From NCBI RefSeq assembly GCF_009914755.1, contig NC_060941.1: a DNA stretch of 64,000 bases; one strand, 5' to 3'. The position numbers were made by a program, and so were the translations under genes. The DNA is from the human T2T-CHM13v2.0 reference genome, Homo sapiens. Under the pieces are notes generated by a model, which worked only from the letters and a program-made list of their open reading frames with translations, did not search any database and was not told where the DNA came from. Positions within the stretch are counted from its first letter, which is position 1, and every line of letters starts with the position of its first letter. Below are positions 31,978-48,387 of the stretch, piece by piece.

Positions 31978-33613
31978 TTAAGATTATCCTGGGAGCAGTG
32001 TGGAAGATGAGTTGTAAGGGGGAAGGATTAGAAAGAGGAAAGTTATTCGATAGAATTAGAGCAGAAATGAGAACATTCATGGAGGAAGAACTGACAGGCT
32101 AAGATGTAGGATACCTAGAGGAAAGGGGTAAGGGATCTCTCAAGATTTTCAGCCTTGGAAGAACGAATGTGTTCAATAACTATTTATTGTGTACACTCTA
32201 TTGATGATAGAAGTGTGGAGGTGCAGGGCGTCAAGGCCAAAGCCAAGTTCTGAGTCAACCAGTCAAGTTGCAAGGAGCTACTTTAAGATTTAGAGAGTTT
32301 ATTACTTACGTAGACAGCAAAAAGAATAAATGTGCCAGCTTCCTGTGATCTTTGTCCTACATACCACGAAGTGTATGACACCAAATCAAAGACCCACATG
32401 ACTGCAGTGTGAGTTGTGGGATACCCCGTTGCCGAAGTGCTAATCCTAGAAGCTCTATCCTGAGGAAGCCGGGACAGAAAGCCTCCACGTCACCAGAACC
32501 CCCAAGATATGAGAAACTGTCTCATGACAGCTTCCCAGGAGAGATAAGGAGGTGAACAGAAGATCTCCTCACAATGGCTATGTACACAGGCTTCCCAGCC
32601 TCCCACATCCAGGAAGACCATGAGGCGTTCTGCCAAGACTCTGCCTAAGTGGATACATGCAAGGTCACCATGATGCGGTGGTGGAGCTGTTCCCCAACAC
32701 AGGGGAGAGCTGGTTTTGAGGAACAAGAAATAAACATGGTTTTAAATACATAGACTGTAAAGTTACATTCAGACATTCACATGGAATTGACCGGGGCTTT
32801 TGTTTTCATCAACTTTGTCTTGGCTGTTACACAGCAGTGGATAACCAGAGCACAGCTGTTGATTGATCACCCAACACCCACTTCCCTTCTCTTTCCCTGC
32901 AGCAGACTGCCACGTCGGTCCAAATGACAGCCAAGTACTCAGAGAAGGTGACCCACCCCAACTCAGGAGTAACCAACATGCGAATCCCATTCTCTTTGCA
33001 GTTGGAGGTGGACGTGCAAGTTAACTCTAGCCAATGAGATGTGAGGGGGAGATCTGCAGGGTGCCTCCAGGAAAGGCTTCCTGGCTCTTAAAAAGACAGA
33101 GACAATGTCATGACTGGGTGCAATGCCTGCAACATTGCAGCCATCTTCTGACCATGAGGGACTCAGTGCTGAGGACAAAGCCAACAGGCCAAGAAAGGTG
33201 GTGTAGAAAGAAGGAAGGAGCCCTTGATGACAATGTTGAGACAATGTTGAGTCAACCAACCCCACAGCTGCCCTAGCTGGGACTACTGGATATGTGAGAT
33301 GAAATTTTTCTTTATTCATTTATTTATTTATTTATTTTGAGACAGGGTTTTACTCCATCACCCAGGTTGGGGAGCAGCGATCATAGCTCACTTCAGCCTT
33401 GAAGTCCTCGGCTCAAGTGATCCTCCCACCTCAGCCTCCCAAGTAACTGGGGCTACAGGAACGCTCCACCACACCCAGCCCTTATTTTTTTCAGTTGAGT
33501 TTTCTGCTCATTGCTACCAAAAGCAGCATCCTAACTGATACTTATGTAAAGTCCTGTACATTACCAGGAACATAGGAAGTTGAAATAAATGTCAGCTATT
33601 ACATGATGATGAT

Positions 33614-33831
33614 GAAGAAGAAAGAAGAAGAGGAAGAGGAAGAGGAAGAGGAAGAAGAAGAAGAAAGAAGAGGAAGAGGAAGAAGAAGAAGAAGAAGAAG
33701 AAGAAGAAGAACAAGAAGAAGAAGAACAAGAAGAAGAAGAACAAGAAGAAGAAGAAGAAGAAGAAGAAGAAGAAGAAGAAGAAGAAGAAGAAGAAGAAGA
33801 AGAAGAAGGAGAAGAAGAAGAAAAAAAAAAG
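33614..33831 (+). repeat. (GAA)n polypurine microsatellite
   Basis: ~218 bp, almost all purine; ~21 uninterrupted GAA units at ~33743-33808. Confidence 0.97.
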
Positions 33832-33941
33832 TGGGTGGATTCTTGAAGGGCAAAATGCTAAGGTGAAAATAGCAGAGATCCTGGACCTTGGAGAACACTC
33901 ACCTTTAGGGGAGACTGGACAGAGGATGAAATGACAAATAA

Positions 33942-35678
<1,737 letters not shown>

Positions 35679-36562
35679 TAAATTTTACTTTTTCTCCTCT
35701 GTTATAAATTCCTCTGGCTGACCCCAGACATACAGCACATCTCTCATGCACGCTGGGCTTGTGTTCACGATGTGCATTGACACATTAGACTAACATCTCT
35801 GGTGTGTCTCCTGTGTCCCAGGCATTGTTCTGAGTATTTAGGAAACAGCAACGAACAGAAGAGATGAAACTCCTGCACTCATGGAGCTCACTTTCTAATG
35901 GGAAGTGAAAGAGTAGGATGAAGGGAACTGTGCCCTTCCTTACATCACCCCACACTTAAAATAGAACCTAAAACCACACACGGGGTTCTTCAAATACCAG
36001 GCACACTGCTGCCCCAGGGCCTTCTCTCTCTCCTAGAGCTTTGCGTGGTCTAACCCTCTCCCCACTTCATTCTGGACACTGAGCAAATGTTATCCCATCA
36101 GAGAGGGCTTTCCGGAATGCCTTAGCTAGACCAGCACACACATGTATCTATCATGCCATGCCCCTAACTGGCTTTGTTTTCTTTATGGCCCTTTTCCCTA
36201 GACTAAAATGTTGTCTATTTCCTCTACTAGAATGTAGGCACCACGGAGGCAGGAATTTGGGTTTCTTTTCTCACTGCTGTCTCCCCAATCTAGGGACAAC
36301 GCCTGGCACCCAGTAGGCACTCAAGAAGTATTTACTGAACGAATCAGTCACCCCTTCACTGATGTCAGTTTGGCAACAGTAGTACTGACAGAGGGGATCG
36401 TGGCTGGAGTTCCAGGCGGGGAACCACAGAGGCATACTTGAGGGGTAGGGGAAACGAAAAATTACCTGGAGGAGCAGCTGTCCTAAATATAGCAGCAGCA
36501 GATGACCCGTGACCAGGGTCACTGTCCGACCACACCAGATTCTGCAAGTTGGCAGGGTTTTC

Positions 36563-37063
36563 ATTGTATATATGAAATATATATACAATTGTATATATAT
36601 GAAATAAGATATATATACAATTGTATATATGAAATATATAAATTGTATATATGAAATATATAAATTGTATATATGAAATATATATACAATTGTATATATG
36701 AAATATATATACAATTGTATATATGAAATATATATACAATTGTATATATGAAATATATATACAATTGTATATATGAAATATATATACAATTGTATATATG
36801 AAATATATATACAATTGTATATATGAAATATATATACAATTGTATATATGAAATATATATACAATTGTATATATGAAATATATACAATTGTATATATGAA
36901 ATATGTACAACTTCATATATATTTGTATATGTATTTGTATATGTATATGTATATGCATTTGTATATGTATATGTATATATATATTTTTATATATAATATA
37001 TGTATATATATTTATATATAATATATGTATATATATATTTATATATATTATATATATATATAA
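36563..37063. repeat. AT-rich 25-bp minisatellite (TGAAATATATATACAATTGTATATA)n, ~14 units to ~36911, then a (TATG/TA)n tract
   Basis: Visible 25-bp period; produces the repetitive Y/I ORFs. Confidence 0.95.
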
Positions 37064-37099
37064 AAAAGACAACTATGGAATAGAATTTCAGCATCTATG

Positions 37100-39190
<2,091 letters not shown>

Positions 39191-39717
39191 TGTTCAAGGA
39201 GAATGAAGAGACTGAGGGAGTTGGGCAGATTTTATTTTTTCAAAGCTGGCCACAGCACTATTTGCCATCCTATGTTAACTTGCTAAAAAGCCCAATAGTT
39301 CTCACATTGTGTGCCCACAGAACACTGACTGACATTGCTTTTTAAGGGAATTAGCATTAATGTAGCACTTCCTATTTATTACTGTCTTTAAGCTGCCTAG
39401 ACTATGATTATTATAACAACCACCACTAGCATTGAGCATTTACTGTGTCAACTGCTTACTGTGTCTCGTTTAGTTGTGTCATAACACTAAGATGTCATTA
39501 CACTCATTCTGTTGGTGAGGAAATAGAGAAATACAGTAACTTGCCAAGGTCACAGAAATGGTGAAGCTGGGCTTTTCCTCACACACCACACTGCTTTGTC
39601 CCAATATTACAATGTTGATCTGTCTCCAATTCACAGGAAAATAATTTAAAATAGCCAATAGAATGCTCTTAAGTTGGAAACATTCTTCTATCCCTTTTTT
39701 TGACCTTTCGCATTTCT

Positions 39718-40544
<827 letters not shown>

Positions 40545-41087
40545 TCATGGAAAAGGTCAGAGCAGCTGGTTTTGCTTGATTCACTCATTTGATTGTGGGT
40601 GTGGATGTGGTGTGTGTGCTTTGGGGCAGGCAATGTGGCAGCTGCTCCTAGTTGTGAATATATTGCATGCCTATAACACTGTTTCCATGTTTGCTGAGTT
40701 GTTCTTTGTTTCTATGATGAAATTAAATATACCTTTTCATGGGACTAGACAAAGAGCATCAATCATTCTGTGGCAGCAGCTTTTCATGAATCCCCTAAAA
40801 CTGTGCAAAGCTGCGTTCTATGTGTATGCATGTGTTGTTCCGGTGAGGGAGTTCTGAAGTCAATGCTATAGTTAGATTACCAAAGACGTCTGTGATTCCA
40901 GAAGGATTAAAAACCACTGACCATCTATCATTCTACCTATCTGCCATCTCTCCATCATGTTTATAACATCATTTATGCATGCATTTATCTATTTATCCAC
41001 TAAGAGACATATTTCTTTCCAGATGGTAGCATTTGAGATGATTTATTTGTAATTTTCTGTCCTGCTTTACTCCTTCATAATGACCAT

Positions 41088-41465
41088 TGTATTAGTCCGT
41101 TTTCACACTGCTATAAAGAGCTGCCCGAGAGTGGGTAATTAATAAAGGAAAGAGGTTTAATTGACTCACAGTTCAGCATGGCTGGGGAGGCCTCAGGAAA
41201 GTTACAATTATGCCAGAAGTCAAAGGGAAAGCAAGGCATCTTTTTCACAAGGCAGCAGGAAGGAGAGGTGCTGAGCCAAGCAGGAAGAGCCCTTTACAAA
41301 ACCATCAGATCTTGTGAAAACTCACTCACTATCACGAGAACAGCATGGGGGAACCACTCCCATTATTTAGTTACCTCCACCTGCTCTCTCCCTTGACAAG
41401 CAGGGATTACGGGCATTACAACTCAAGATGAGATGTGGGTGGGGACACAAAGCCTACCCATATCA
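41088..41465 (-). mobile_element. THE1-type MaLR solo LTR
   Basis: TGTATTAGTCCGTTTTCACACTGCT...CCATATCA; 5-bp TSD ACCAT on both sides. Confidence 0.9.
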
Positions 41466-41680
41466 ACCATGTATCATTCTTAGAAAAATAATGAAGTGAT
41501 TAAGAGAAAAGGACAGCTGATCTGGGTGCCCCACCACGTGTCCAACTTATCTTTATACCTCCATTGATGGGAAACTCAACCAGCTCTCTAGGTGGCCTAG
41601 TCTGTCTGTTTACCTCAAAGTATTAACATTTCTTCCACATGCTGAATTCATGGCTAGGCAATGAACAAATCAATGAAGAA

Positions 41681-41982
41681 GGCTGGGCACGGTGGCTCAC
41701 GCCTGTAATCTCAGCACTTTGGGAGGCCAAGGGGCAGATCACTTGAGGCCAGGAGTTCGAGACTAGCCTGACCAACATGGTGAAACCCCATCTCTATTAA
41801 AAATACAAAAAATAGCTGGGCGTGGTGGTACATGCCTGTAATCTCAGCTACTCAGGAGGCTGAGGTAGGAGAATCACTTGAGCCCAGGAGGCGGAGGTTG
41901 CAGTGAGCCAAAATCAGGCCACTGCACTCCAGCCTGGGTGATAGAGCTAGAGTCTCAGAAAATAAATAAATAAACAAACAAA
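41681..41982 (+). mobile_element. AluS
   Basis: TSD AACAAATC(A/G)ATGAAG. Confidence 0.88.
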
Positions 41983-43324
41983 TCGATGAAGCTCCAGGGG
42001 GCAGATAAAACAGAAGTGAGTCTTGGGGTGGAAGACAGGGAGAGGCATCTGTGGCTGGATCCCTAGAAGCCATCTGAGAACACCTGCCTGCTTTGCCATC
42101 CCAGATCAGGGACAGGGTGCCAAGGACAGCAAACAGGGCTCAGCACAGCCTGGGCATGCAAATGGCTTGTCTGTGGTTCACGGAACAAGCTCAGGAAGCT
42201 GGCAGGGAGGAAGGGGATATAGTGAGGCAGAAAGGAGAAGAACAAAGTTCAAATACACAAGGGAAGGGAGTAGGTGGGGCTCACCTAATGTCAACAGCCC
42301 TTGGGTGCAGGAACTCTGTGGAGAATGTGACCCCAAGAAGGGAGTGGTGGCAATGCCAACATGCCTTGGTTAAGAGAAAAGGCCCTTTGGCTATAATGCT
42401 GTGTCCTAGTTCCCAAGGCAGCCCCCAACTAGATTTCCCTCAAAATGCAGGTGTGTGTATGGGTATGTAGAGAAGGTAGAGTAATCACATGCACCATATT
42501 TTAAATGTCGACCTATTTTTACCTCAAAAATTTCATCTGGTCCTCATGGAACCTTTAATGCAGGCAAAGTTAAGACTCAGAAAGGAGATGTGCCTGGAAT
42601 AAGGACATACAGCTCAATAAGGCAGCAGAGGCATCAGCAAAAGGACCCATTTTGTGTGTGCATTTATTCCAAATTGCCCCCTTTAAAATAGGCTTTTTAA
42701 ATGTATCATTTCCCCTTCACTCTTTGATTTGCTTTTTTAGAGTCTTCCTGTATTTTATGTATTGGAATTGATCTACAATAAAATACAGGTAGACTGCAAC
42801 TCCAAGGTCAATAACGGTTGGAGATCCTTCGGTTATTCATGATGCTATGGCATTTCAAGACTGCCTGGGAACTGATGAGAAAACAGATGTAAAACCTATG
42901 AGCAAGTCCAAACTTAGCCCATGGGTCACCCCAGCAGACCACAAATGACTTAAAAACCACACATGCGTGCACACACACACACACACGCACTCCCAGCTTG
43001 CCTTTAGTAAGGAGTCACAAATTACCATCCTGAACTTTTTATTGGAAAAAAGTGTCCCCGGACAGTTGAAGAGTCATCTCTGAATAGAAAGACAAGTCTA
43101 TCACTGACATACTGAGTATTTTTATGGTTACAGTGACAGTGAGGAAGAAAAAACTACAAGAGGGGTTGGAGATGAGCGAGAACAAAACTCAGGACAGTAA
43201 ACAAAGGGGACTTCACACAGGTGAGAAGAAACTCGGGAGGCTCCCATGAAGAGTAGTGTGTTTTGTTCCAACAGGCTGGTCGAGAAGGGCTTACTCAAGG
43301 TGTGCAGATCCCACCGCCTCTGTT

Positions 43325-44045
43325 CTGACACCACCTGGTGTACCGCACCACAATTCTAACAACGACCAGCAGAGTTAGATCAGATGCCACCAGCGAAGGG
43401 ACATAGTCCCCAACAGGGCTGCCCTCACCTCAGACACCAGCCCCATGTGGGGATCCCAGGCCATCAGCGCTTGTGACCAACTGCCTACAATCCCAGGAGG
43501 GTACCATGATCTTCCTCAGGTTCAATGATTCACTAAAAATCACAGAACTCAGGACTATACTTATGATTAGTTTTATTATAAAGGATACAAATCAGCTCCA
43601 CAAGCCAAGGAAGACACAGGGAAAGGTCTGGAAGGGTCTTGAGCACAGTGCTCCCATGCCCCCTCTTCGTGGAATTAGGGCACACTGCCCTGCCGGCATA
43701 GCCACAGCTTCACCACCCAGGAAGCTATGCTGAGCTTTAGTGTCCAGAGTTTTTATTAGGGTTTCATGATGTACTGATTAAAGCACTGGCCAGATGATTA
43801 AACTCAGCCTCCAGTCCCCCGCCCCATAGGTCAGGCTGACTCAAAGCCTCAAACCTCTAATCACATGGTCAGTCTGTCTGGTGACCAGCCCCAGCTCTGA
43901 GTCATCCCACCTTTTAGCATAAGCTCAGGTGTGATCCCATGGCCTCACAAATAACAAAGACACTCCTATTACCCTGGAAATGTCAAGGACTGAAAGTCTC
44001 CCTCCCAGGAAGCAGGGACAAAGGCCAGTTCAATTCTTTAGACAA
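43325..44045 (-). mobile_element. MER21-family LTR
   Basis: minus strand starts ...AAGAATTGAACTGGCCTTTGTCCCTGCTTCCTGGGAG, resembling recalled MER21 consensus; AATAAA followed by CCTGAGTTCTGTGA. Confidence 0.7.
43572..43577 (-). terminator. Candidate distal TRIM25 poly(A) signal within an LTR
   Basis: minus strand ATCCTTTAT-AATAAA-ACT...CCTGAGTTCTGTGA, resembling the MER21-type LTR poly(A) region. Confidence 0.65.
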
Positions 44046-46606
44046 CCTCCAATCCACACCTCCTGGAACTCCTACCCCAATTGAAACAAGGATAAAATCC
44101 ACTGAACATGGAGGGCCCATTGCTGGCCTGAACTATTTTTGTTTCTTTTTTTTTTTAAAGCTTTTTATTATAGACATTTTCAAACATATACAACAGTAAA
44201 ATGAATAATATAATGAGCCCTCACACCTCCATCCCTAGTAACTGATTATCCGTGTGTGGCTTACTCTTTGATCGATACTCTCCTGCTTTCCCCTAGCCCC
44301 CACAGTTAGACTGTCCCGCAGCAAAGCCCAGACAGACATCCTATCGGTCTGAGAATTCCTTATCAAAAGCTTCCCGAAGAGGAACTCTATATAGGGCAGG
44401 ACTAAGTGTGCTGGCTATAGGTCTGCAGAAATCTCAACCCTTGGGAGCCCTTGGGTGGGGCCTGGGCAGGTCCCTGGGCAGTAGCCGTCTGTAGTGGGCG
44501 GCTCATCTGCTGACAACAGTATGACGAACAAATAGCATTTTGTACCCGCACTACAATGCAGGAGAACGCCAAACACCGCTTTATTGCATTCAAACCTTCT
44601 AAGGCACGTCAGCCAGCCCTGGCCTTGTCTACAGCCATGATTATCTCCTTAAAGAGTTAACTCTAAAAAAATATTAAGCTCAAGAAATAACAGCTCAAAT
44701 ACTCCTAACTAATTAAAATCAATAGTGAGAGGCAGAATACGGTAAAAGATAACATATTAGTATTATTGATCACAGATCAATTTCAGAGTACTTAAAACAG
44801 GAATAATCAGCTACCACATCTTGAAAAATACAAAGACTTGATCCTAACCTTTTATTTATCATGCCACACGGACTGAGACAGTCCCCAGTACCTGGGTCTA
44901 GGAGAGTTATTTTATGTTTGTGTTTCTGGGAATTTCCGATACTTCCCAGTGTATCAGAGTGTTCCCCTCACACATGCTAGCAGGCATCTCCCCACTAATG
45001 GAATAGCAAGAGTGGTGAACAGAGCGATCCTCTACTTTCTCATCATATTCTGCAAAATGAGAAGTCAGATGGATACAAAGGTTCCTCCAACTCTAGGACT
45101 CCAGGGTTGTGTGGCGGCCCTGCAAGGCTAGGTTATGTAAGGTCTCACCATTGCAAACAGAATGGTTCAAGACAGCAAGGATGCACTCCTCAATTTACAA
45201 CTCCAAAGCACCTTGCACAGAGCTTGGCTTTGGTTACCTACTTGACTCTCTTTTAAACAGAGGGTCTTATGCTTCCCTATCCTGAGCTGCACATTTGCCA
45301 GGGAAGTGGCCTCACTGTTGCCCTCATTTCTGCAGAAGAGAGCCAGAGCAGGAGCCATGGATTTATCTCTGGCATTCTACTCCTCCAAGCCCAGCTGTTT
45401 CCCAAGTATTAATTGGTTTCAGACAAGGCTTTCGTTTCAGAAAATCAATGAAGATGCTTTTGATCATCTTCAAAAGCAGAGAAGAATCACCAAAGAACTT
45501 TTCTTCCAAGTAGTAAAGGAATAAAACTTCTAAGGACCACATATCACCTATTGCAGGGATGTCTTTCCTACAAAGATTATTGCTCTCCCGAGGAACTGAA
45601 AATCCTTGTTAGGAGATGACACCGATCAGGTATGTACCTGCATGTCAGGTGTGTAGCTGTCAGGAATATCAAGTGTTCTGAGCCTGCCCAGAGTGCCCTA
45701 GAGTTCCAGCACGAGGCCTGAGATGCATTACATTCTCAAATATCCATATGAAAAGGTCTGGGGTCTCTAGTTCCCCAATGGTGACTTCTTTTCATATTAT
45801 AGGAAGCCTGACGGGAGCTCTCCTCTAAGCAAAGCCCAGAGTTGGACTCATTTCACTATAAGAGGCTAAATTCCTCATACTCACATCCTGACAACATTAG
45901 GCTATAAGGAGCTTGGGGAAAATCCAGCCATCCATTCACTCCCGCCCCTTAGTGGACTGGGTTATTTTCACCACACAGAAACACTGCAGGGAAAATAGCC
46001 ACTTGTGTGACCCTCTTTAGCTCTTTCCCTCCCTCCCTGATCAATGTGAGCTTATATAATTGGCTTAAATGAGGAAGTCAGTAGAAGGGGCTAGGGCCAG
46101 CCCCAGGCTCTGACTCACGCAAGGGCCAGTGCTGGGTCTGCAGCCTGTGGCCAGGGATGAACAGGAATGTTCCTGTTCCCCATGAGGTTTGCTAAAAGAC
46201 CCCTTTGGTGGTAGGTTGACACCCCAGCAAGTGGCCTAGCATGGTCCGAGGCAGCCGCATAGCCTGTCTGCATGATAGCAGGCTTCAGGGATCCAGCTTA
46301 GCTGGAGGCTTGACTGTGCTAGCCTCGGTGGTACCTGCACTGTCATTCCATATGTCACAATCCAGGGAAGAGAGGCTATCACCGAGAAGAGTTGTCAGTA
46401 AGAAGGCAGGACACTCTAACACGAGCAAACCCACCAGGCTTCTGTTGATCCAGGGCAGCATCCCCCTCGCCTGGCAGAGTTCCTTGCCCCACAGCCAAGG
46501 CTATGGGAAGCAAGGCCTCCAGCAAAGCTCATGGCTGCCACCAAAGCATCTCTGCCAAGATGCTTCTTATGATACTTAGGAAGGATTTCCACCCAAACTG
46601 GATCAG

Positions 46607-46619
46607 GGTCACCATGACC
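46607..46619. promoter_or_regulatory. Perfect oestrogen response element GGTCAccaTGACC in the TRIM25 (EFP) 3'UTR
   Basis: Exact consensus GGTCAnnnTGACC; palindrome extends to TCAGGGTCA-cca-TGACCCTGA (46603-46623); EFP/TRIM25 is known to have a 3'UTR ERE. Confidence 0.9.
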
Positions 46620-46915
46620 CTGAATCACAAATCCAACACAGGCTGATTCCAATCATGGTTTGAAGCTTTAGCTGAAAAGTTTGCTGTTTGAAAACCATCA
46701 ATGTGGGGGCGATGGGTGTGCAGGGTAGGAAGGGAACGCACTATTTTCCAGTGGAGGAAGAGGGTATGCCTCTTTAGGAAACTGTTCTGGGTAGAGACTG
46801 CTGTGGGTGTTTCCTCAAGCACAGATAATAACCAGGAGATCAAGCCCCAACATGCGGGTAATGGAGTTTATGTAACATTGAAACTCAATGACTTTGGAAC
46901 TTTAAAAACATCTAT

Positions 46916-47001
46916 AGTAAGAATTCAAAACACCAAGATCTGAAGGCTACCCCAGAGAGCAAAGGGGCAGCCTTCAGATCCAAGTGGCCCAAGACAGAAC
47001 C
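46916..47001 (-). ncRNA. MIR3614: MIR3614 precursor hairpin (5p 46965-46987 CCACUUGGAUCUGAAGGCUGCCC; 3p 46927-46949 UAGCCUUCAGAUCUUGGUGUUUU)
   Basis: Perfect 12-bp inverted repeat GATCTGAAGGCT (46937-46948) / AGCCTTCAGATC (46969-46980) with extended pairing; matches recalled miR-3614 arms; lies in the TRIM25 3'UTR as expected. Confidence 0.92.
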
Positions 47002-47345
47002 TACAGTAGCTATGGATTTTCTCTAAGAGGAATCGGGCACTCATGACTTCACTTCCCAGAGCTCTGCCCAGCTGCCCAGCAGCCTGGAGATTTCCAGAAC
47101 AATGGGGAGTAGGTCACCCTGCCCTGATAGGCACCAGGGGGTGGAAACGCCTCCTCGCCCACAACACAATCACTCTCACCCCTTTCCTGGCTAAATCCCA
47201 CCTCCCACCCTCCCGCCAGCTCCCCTCCCATGCTCCCAATCCTTGGGACCTCTTGGGGAATTATCCAAGGAGAGTTCTGCCTGCTGTATTTTCACTAGGG
47301 TCTTGGGACTTCTGCAGGCAGTCAGCCCAAGTGCCTACAGCCTGC

Positions 47346-47875
47346 CTACTTGGGGGAGCAGATGGAGAGTGTGGCACCAGCAGAAAATACCCAGAAAGCC
47401 GGGTACAAAGCCTCAGTAAAGTCCACCCTGAACTTATACATCAGGTGGACCTTGTCGGCAACAGCGAAGAAGATGACAAAGCCGTGGTCACAGTTGAGAA
47501 GCACGCCCACCCGCGTGGCCTTGGTGGAGGGCAGGGTTTTCTCCACGTTATTGTGCCAGGCAGAGATCTTGGTGTTGAACCACTCCACGCACCAGGAGGC
47601 GCTGTTGCGGCCGAGCCTGCTTTCTGGGCCCTGCCGGTTCATGCTTCCGTAGCAGATGCCTACCCCACAGAAGTTGTTCTTCTGCAGCTCCACCTCCCAG
47701 TAGTGGATCCCCTTCTTGTAGCAGTGCAGGCCCAGCACCTGAGAGCAGTATGTGAACCTCTGGGGATGCGGCCGGTAGTTCTGAGGCATCTCAGCCACAG
47801 AAGCTACTGTATAGCACTCTGACAGAGCCACTTTGTTGTGGGCGGTGTTGTAGTCCAGGATGACTTTAATGTAAT
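47346..47875 (-). CDS. TRIM25: TRIM25 exon 9 coding part, PRY-SPRY (B30.2) domain, [21 protein letters not shown]...LSICSPK*
   Basis: tctcag|AT TAC...; HYWEVE, VGVLLN and LYPAF B30.2 motifs; TAG at 47348-47346; exon lengths are consistent with a 630-aa protein. Confidence 0.98.
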
Positions 47876-47967
47876 CTGAGAAAACATCACCCCAAGGAAT
47901 TAATTACAAGGGGCCCAAAGTGCTCTTTTAGACCTTTGCCAAAGTGGTACTATTTATTCACTAGTTT

Positions 47968-48387
47968 TATCCATCCATGCACCCATCTACCCATTGGTCC
48001 ATCCATCCACTCATCTATCCATCTGTCTGTCTATTCATCCATCTATCTGTCTATCCATGTATCCATCAATCCATCCATGTATCCATCCATCCATCTATCC
48101 ATCTACCCATGTATCCATATACCCATCTATCTACCTATCTATCCATTCTTCCATTCATCCATCTATCCACTTATCTATCCATCCTTCTGCCTTTCCATTT
48201 ATCCATTCATTCATTCATTAATCTATCCACTTATCTATCCATCTGTCCATTTATCCATCCACCCATCTATCCACCCATCCATTATTCATCAGCTCATCTA
48301 TCCATCCATTCATCCATCCATTCTGTCCAGCCAGCCAGCCATCTATCATCTATCAGTCATCCGTATGTCTGTCCATTCATCCATCCA
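47968..48387 (+). repeat. Degenerate (TCCA/TCTA)n tract next to an L2-like end, TRIM25 intron 8
   Basis: ~420 bp of CCAT/CTAT tetramers. Confidence 0.93.

Larger units (their letters stand above)
43555..47345 (-). other. TRIM25: Probable TRIM25 3'UTR (~3.8 kb)
   Basis: Downstream of the stop codon; Alu-free; minus-strand AATAAA at 44580-44585 and 43572-43577. Confidence 0.7.

Noticed and set aside
33599-33898. Poly-Leu and poly-Arg/Glu ORFs
   Set aside because: Translations of the GAA microsatellite
47043-47822. 259-aa + strand ORF, the longest in the track
   Set aside because: Antisense shadow of the GC-rich TRIM25 PRY-SPRY exon; no recognisable domain or promoter evidence
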